This document shows, piece after piece, positions 60,066 through 64,000 of a stretch of DNA of 64,000 nt. A model generated the notes under the pieces. That model was not told the origin of the DNA, ran no database searches, and worked only from the letters and a program-made list of their open reading frames with translations. The DNA comes from a virus (Duplodnaviria; Caudoviricetes). The number at the start of each line of letters is the position of its first letter. The stretch's first letter is position 1. The stretch spans positions 32,001 through 96,000 of the IMG/VR virus record IMGVR_UViG_3300032038_000011, one strand, 5' to 3'. Both the position numbers and the translations under genes were made by a program.

Positions 60066-63000
60066 ATGTCTAATGAAATAGGCAGTTTTGTAGTTAGTAT
60101 AAAAGCTCAAATAGAAGGTTATCAAGAGCAAATTAACGCTATAAAAGCAAAATTAGTTGAAATTGGCAAAGATACGGATATTGGAAAAGAAATAGCGAAA
60201 TCTTTAAAATTAGCTGAGTCACAAGTAGAACGCCTTGGGAAAACCATGGATAAACGTATTTCTTCAGAATCTCAAATTACGGCATTAACGGATAATTTAC
60301 AAAATATTAGTCGTTTAATAATGGATATTGGAGATTCTTTTGGGAAAGTTACTTGGAATGATTTAAATGTTGATGGTTTAAGAGATAAAATTCAAAGTGC
60401 TAAGTCTGAAATTGATAATTTAACAAACTCAATGCAAGAAAATGTTTCTAAAGGTTTTGCAGAAGCCTTAGCTTCATCTGCAGAAATGAGAGATGTTTTT
60501 AAGTCTTTAAAAATTGACCCGGCTCAAATGGGCGTAGAAGAAGTTACTGAAAAATTAAGACTTAGTTTAATTCAAGCAACTTCAATTTTAGAAAATTATA
60601 AAGCTGAATTAGATAAAATTATTCCAAAAGCAGAAGAAGCTACTCAAAAAATGAACGCTATTGAGATAGATAAAACTAAAGCAGAGCAAGCAAAAGCTAG
60701 TATTAATGACATTTTTAAAAATTTGCAAGTTGTTTCTAAAGTAGACACTAATTCTGCAGTTGGTGAACTTTATACAGAAATTGTAGGAAAATGTGATGAG
60801 TTATATTATGATTTAGATCAAAAAGGAAAAGGAATAGTAGATAAAATTAAAGAGCTTAATTTTAAAATGTTAAATGAAACAGATCCAACAAAATTTAAAG
60901 AATATTTAACTCAAATAGATGAAAGTTTTAAACAGTTAAATGGTAAAGGTTTAACTGCGAACGTTGATGGTTTTGGCACTCGCTTAGAAAGTATTTTTAA
61001 ATCTATTATGTCAGTAGATAGTCATAAATTTGTTGAAGGTATCGAGCAAGTTAGAACTGCCTTAGAAGGATTATTTGCTGATAATAAAAATTTTAATTTA
61101 TCTCCAGAAGACGCAAAAAGTTTTATTGAAAAAGTTTTAAATATTGAAGCAACAAAAGAATCAATAAAAGCTAAAAGAGAAGAGGTCTCAGCACTTATAA
61201 AAAGTTATTTAACTGGAGTTTCTCAAGATTATAAAGAAGCTTCTAAAGTGGCAACTGGGTTAAATAATTCAAAAAATACTGCTCAGAAAAAATATGATGA
61301 AGCGCAAGCAAAAAGTGAAGCAATTAAAACTGCTGAAACAAAATATTTAGCTGAAATAAAAGCATTAGAAAATAAAAATGCTGAATTAAAAGCTCAATTA
61401 GATAATGCAGTAAAAAGATTAGAAGCTTTAGAAAAAGAATCTGAGTCTCGTAAAAATGGAAAATCTCCAATGGGAGATTTTGGTAGAAAACAAAAGCAAA
61501 CTGCCGCTCAGTCTTTAAACGATGCTGCAAATGCTGCTGGAAAATATAGTGCTCAATTAGAACAAGTAAAAGCGCGCGAACAAGCTATTGGTAATATACA
61601 ATCTTTTGTTCAAAGATGGTTTAGTGTTTATGCTGCGGCACGTTTAGTATCTAATGCGTTTAAATCCATGAAAACAAATTTACAAGATTTAGACGATATT
61701 ATGACTCAAATTTCTATAGTTACTGATAAAACACAAGGTGATTTATGGAAACAAATGCCACAGTATTCTGATATGGCAAAGCAATATGCTTCTTCTATTA
61801 AAGGCGTTTATGAAGTTTCTCAGCTATACTATCAGCAAGGTTTAGGTCAAAATGATGTTATGGCTCTTACTGAGCAAACATTAAAAATGGCTAAGATTTC
61901 TGGTTTAGAATATGCAACAGCAACTGACTATATGACGAATGCTGTTCGTTCTTTCAAAATGGAAATGTCTGATGCGCAGACTGTTGTTGATGTATATTCT
62001 GCTATTGCCGCGAGTTCTGCAACTAATACTGCGGAATTAGCTACCGCAATGAGTAAAACTGCTTCATCTGCGCAAGCTGTTGGTTCTAGTTTCGAGAATA
62101 CTTCTGCAATGATGGCAGTTATGATTGAAGCTACTCGTGAATCTGCAGAAAATATTGGTTCTGCTATGAAATCTATCATTTCTCGTTATGGTGAAATGAC
62201 AAAGAGTCCTTCTAAGTTAATTGACAGCGAAGGTGAAGCAATGAGCCTTAATAAGGTTGATACTGCTTTACAATCTGTTGGAATTTCTATTCACGATGCG
62301 CAAGGTCAATTTAGAGATTTTGATGATGTTATTACTGAATTATCAGGTAGTTGGGATAAAATTGATAAAAATACTCAACGTTACATTGCTACTGTAATGG
62401 CTGGTAATAGACAACAGTCTCGTTTCTTAGCCTTGGTTTCTAATGGAGAACGTTTAGAAGAATTAACTGAAAAAGCTGCGAATGCAGAAGATACAGCTAC
62501 TTTACAAGTATTAAAAACTATGGACTCTATTTCTGCAAAAGTACAACAATTGCAGACTAGTTTACAAGGTTTATATACAGAGAGTGGATTTGAAGATTTA
62601 TATAAAGGTATATTAGATGGGTTAACTAGAATTATAGATACTTTTAATAATATGCCTAAAATGTTTAATTCTATTCCAGTTACTGCTATAGCAACTTTTG
62701 CTCAATTATTTGTTAATATTGGTAGTTTAATTGGCTCTGCTGTTTCTGCTTGGAAAGCTAAGTGGTCTACTACTAGGACTGATTTAGAAAATGCTATTTC
62801 AAGTGGCACAGCGAATGGAGTTCAAGCAGCTCAGTTAAATGCTAATAGTTTAGTTAGAATGTTTGAGAGTGCTGCAAATAGAATTAAAAATGTATTAACT
62901 GGAGCAATTGCGCAAGGAACTTCTCCAACCTCTAATGAATTAATTACAACTAATACAAAATATCAGCCAATTGAAGTTAATAAAAAATGGAGTGAAGAAA

Positions 63001-64000
63001 AGCAACAAGCTGCTACTGCTTATAATAATACTTTTAATACTCCTCAAACAGAAGCTATTCGAGAGAAAAATTATCAACAAGCTCTTGATTTAGGGCTAAT
63101 GAAACCTCAATTAACTTTTTGGCAGCAATATGGTACTACGATTAGTAATGCTGCTCGTGCAGCTGGTGCTGGTTTACAAATTTTATCTGCTACAATGGAT
63201 AAAACTACTAGAAGTGGAGAAAAAAGTGCAGCAGCAGTTAATTTATTAGGTGGTGCTTTAACTACTGCTGGATATATAGGTATGGGCCCAATGGGCTGGG
63301 CTGGCGCGGCTGTTACTGCTATTACTACTTTAATTAATGTAACAGACGCTTTTATTGAGACTTCTCAAGAAAAAGTAAAACGACTACAAGAAGCAGCTAC
63401 AAAATCAAATAATGAATTTTTACAAAAGAAAACAGATTATAAAGAATTAGATGAACAAATTAAAAAAGTAGATGAATTAAAGAAAGCTCGTTTTGATAGT
63501 GCTGAAGCTAATAAAGAATATTTAGACGCCAGTAATGCTTTAGCTTCTTTAGCTCCTGATTTAATTTCTTATATTGATAGCGAAGGCAACGCAGTATTAG
63601 ATTTAAGTAAATCATATGAAGTTTTGTCTGAAGCTCGTAGACAAGCTGCTGAAAGTGGAAAAGAAGCCGGGCAAAATAGTGTTGATTTAGCTCTTGCTCA
63701 AGAAGAAGAAGCAAATGAGAATTATAATAAAGTTATAAGTCAAATTGCTAGTGAAATAACAAATATTGATTTTGAAAGTGCTATGCCTTTCGCAAGACGA
63801 AATGTAATTAATAATGCTAATATTTCTGAAAATAATAAAGGTTTTTATCAAGATTTCTTTAAAAACTTTTTTGAAAGTAGTCAAGGTATAGGCGTTTTAA
63901 ATGGAACAAGTGATATTGGTCAAGCAGTTGATGATTATCTTTTAAGTCTTGAAACTGATATTGAAATTAGCTCTGAGCAATATCATGAAATTATAGAATT
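60066..64000 (+). CDS. tail tape measure protein (partial, runs off the window)
   Basis: AAGGAG RBS and ATG at 60066, frame appears open to the end; TP901-type motifs (GSAMKSIISR, AGNRQQSRFLAL). Confidence 0.85.
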   Translation, partial: MSNEIGSFVVSIKAQIEGYQEQINAIKAKLVEIGKDTDIGKEIAKSLKLAESQVERLGKTMDKRISSESQITALTDNLQNISRLIMDIGDSFGKVTWNDLNVDGLRDKIQSAKSEIDNLTNSMQENVSKGFAEALASSAEMRDVFKSLKIDPAQMGVEEVTEKLRLSLIQATSILENYKAELDKIIPKAEEATQKMNAIEIDKTKAEQAKASINDIFKNLQVVSKVDTNSAVGELYTEIVGKCDELYYDLDQKGKGIVDKIKELNFKMLNETDPTKFKEYLTQIDESFKQLNGKGLTANVDGFGTRLESIFKSIMSVDSHKFVEGIEQVRTALEGLFADNKNFNLSPEDAKSFIEKVLNIEATKESIKAKREEVSALIKSYLTGVSQDYKEASKVATGLNNSKNTAQKKYDEAQAKSEAIKTAETKYLAEIKALENKNAELKAQLDNAVKRLEALEKESESRKNGKSPMGDFGRKQKQTAAQSLNDAANAAGKYSAQLEQVKAREQAIGNIQSFVQRWFSVYAAARLVSNAFKSMKTNLQDLDDIMTQISIVTDKTQGDLWKQMPQYSDMAKQYASSIKGVYEVSQLYYQQGLGQNDVMALTEQTLKMAKISGLEYATATDYMTNAVRSFKMEMSDAQTVVDVYSAIAASSATNTAELATAMSKTASSAQAVGSSFENTSAMMAVMIEATRESAENIGSAMKSIISRYGEMTKSPSKLIDSEGEAMSLNKVDTALQSVGISIHDAQGQFRDFDDVITELSGSWDKIDKNTQRYIATVMAGNRQQSRFLALVSNGERLEELTEKAANAEDTATLQVLKTMDSISAKVQQLQTSLQGLYTESGFEDLYKGILDGLTRIIDTFNNMPKMFNSIPVTAIATFAQLFVNIGSLIGSAVSAWKAKWSTTRTDLENAISSGTANGVQAAQLNANSLVRMFESAANRIKNVLTGAIAQGTSPTSNELITTNTKYQPIEVNKKWSEEKQQAATAYNNTFNTPQTEAIREKNYQQALDLGLMKPQLTFWQQYGTTISNAARAAGAGLQILSATMDKTTRSGEKSAAAVNLLGGALTTAGYIGMGPMGWAGAAVTAITTLINVTDAFIETSQEKVKRLQEAATKSNNEFLQKKTDYKELDEQIKKVDELKKARFDSAEANKEYLDASNALASLAPDLISYIDSEGNAVLDLSKSYEVLSEARRQAAESGKEAGQNSVDLALAQEEEANENYNKVISQIASEITNIDFESAMPFARRNVINNANISENNKGFYQDFFKNFFESSQGIGVLNGTSDIGQAVDDYLLSLETDIEISSEQYHEIIE

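Noticed and set aside
1-64000. Stop-codon reassignment
   Set aside because: Long genes are intact in the standard code and TAA, TAG and TGA all appear as apparent stops.

Overview
Fragment of a large, AT-rich tailed dsDNA phage, probably infecting a Firmicute (sigma-A-type TTGACA-N17-TATAAT promoters, GGAGG RBSs). It has four parts. (1) 1-24.7 kb is a minus-strand accessory arm: Pnk-HD, Rnl1-type RNA ligase, PnuC plus NadR-like adenylyltransferase, a macrodomain, a homing-type endonuclease, a 2329-aa CotH/LRR-like protein with two partner genes, and an SF2 helicase beside a hairpin-rich origin-like region. (2) 24.96-43.25 kb is an array of small, individually promoted genes and RNA elements separated by 34 copies of a dyad-symmetric site, TGTAAATTAGA-N4-(A/C)CG(T/G)-N4-TCTAATTTACA. 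The site is often extended by TTAA-N5 on both sides to 52 bp and has an invariant central CG. Every strand switch inside the array falls on one of these sites, including promoterless tail-to-tail junctions, which suggests a shufflable gene-cassette system. No recombinase is visible in the window, and a repressor-operator role is not excluded. (3) 43.3-45.3 kb is a GC-rich operon with a long structured leader containing an rrn boxA-like motif. (4) 45.5-64 kb is a plus-strand SPbeta-like virion module (terminase, portal, scaffold/protease, capsid, neck, two tail-tube paralogs, tape measure running off the end). The array also holds a covarying 5'-UTR RNA motif (9 copies), a 43-nt tRNA minihelix, an atypical tRNA-Lys(UUU) and several candidate ncRNAs. 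All calls come from motif recognition by eye; no searches were run.
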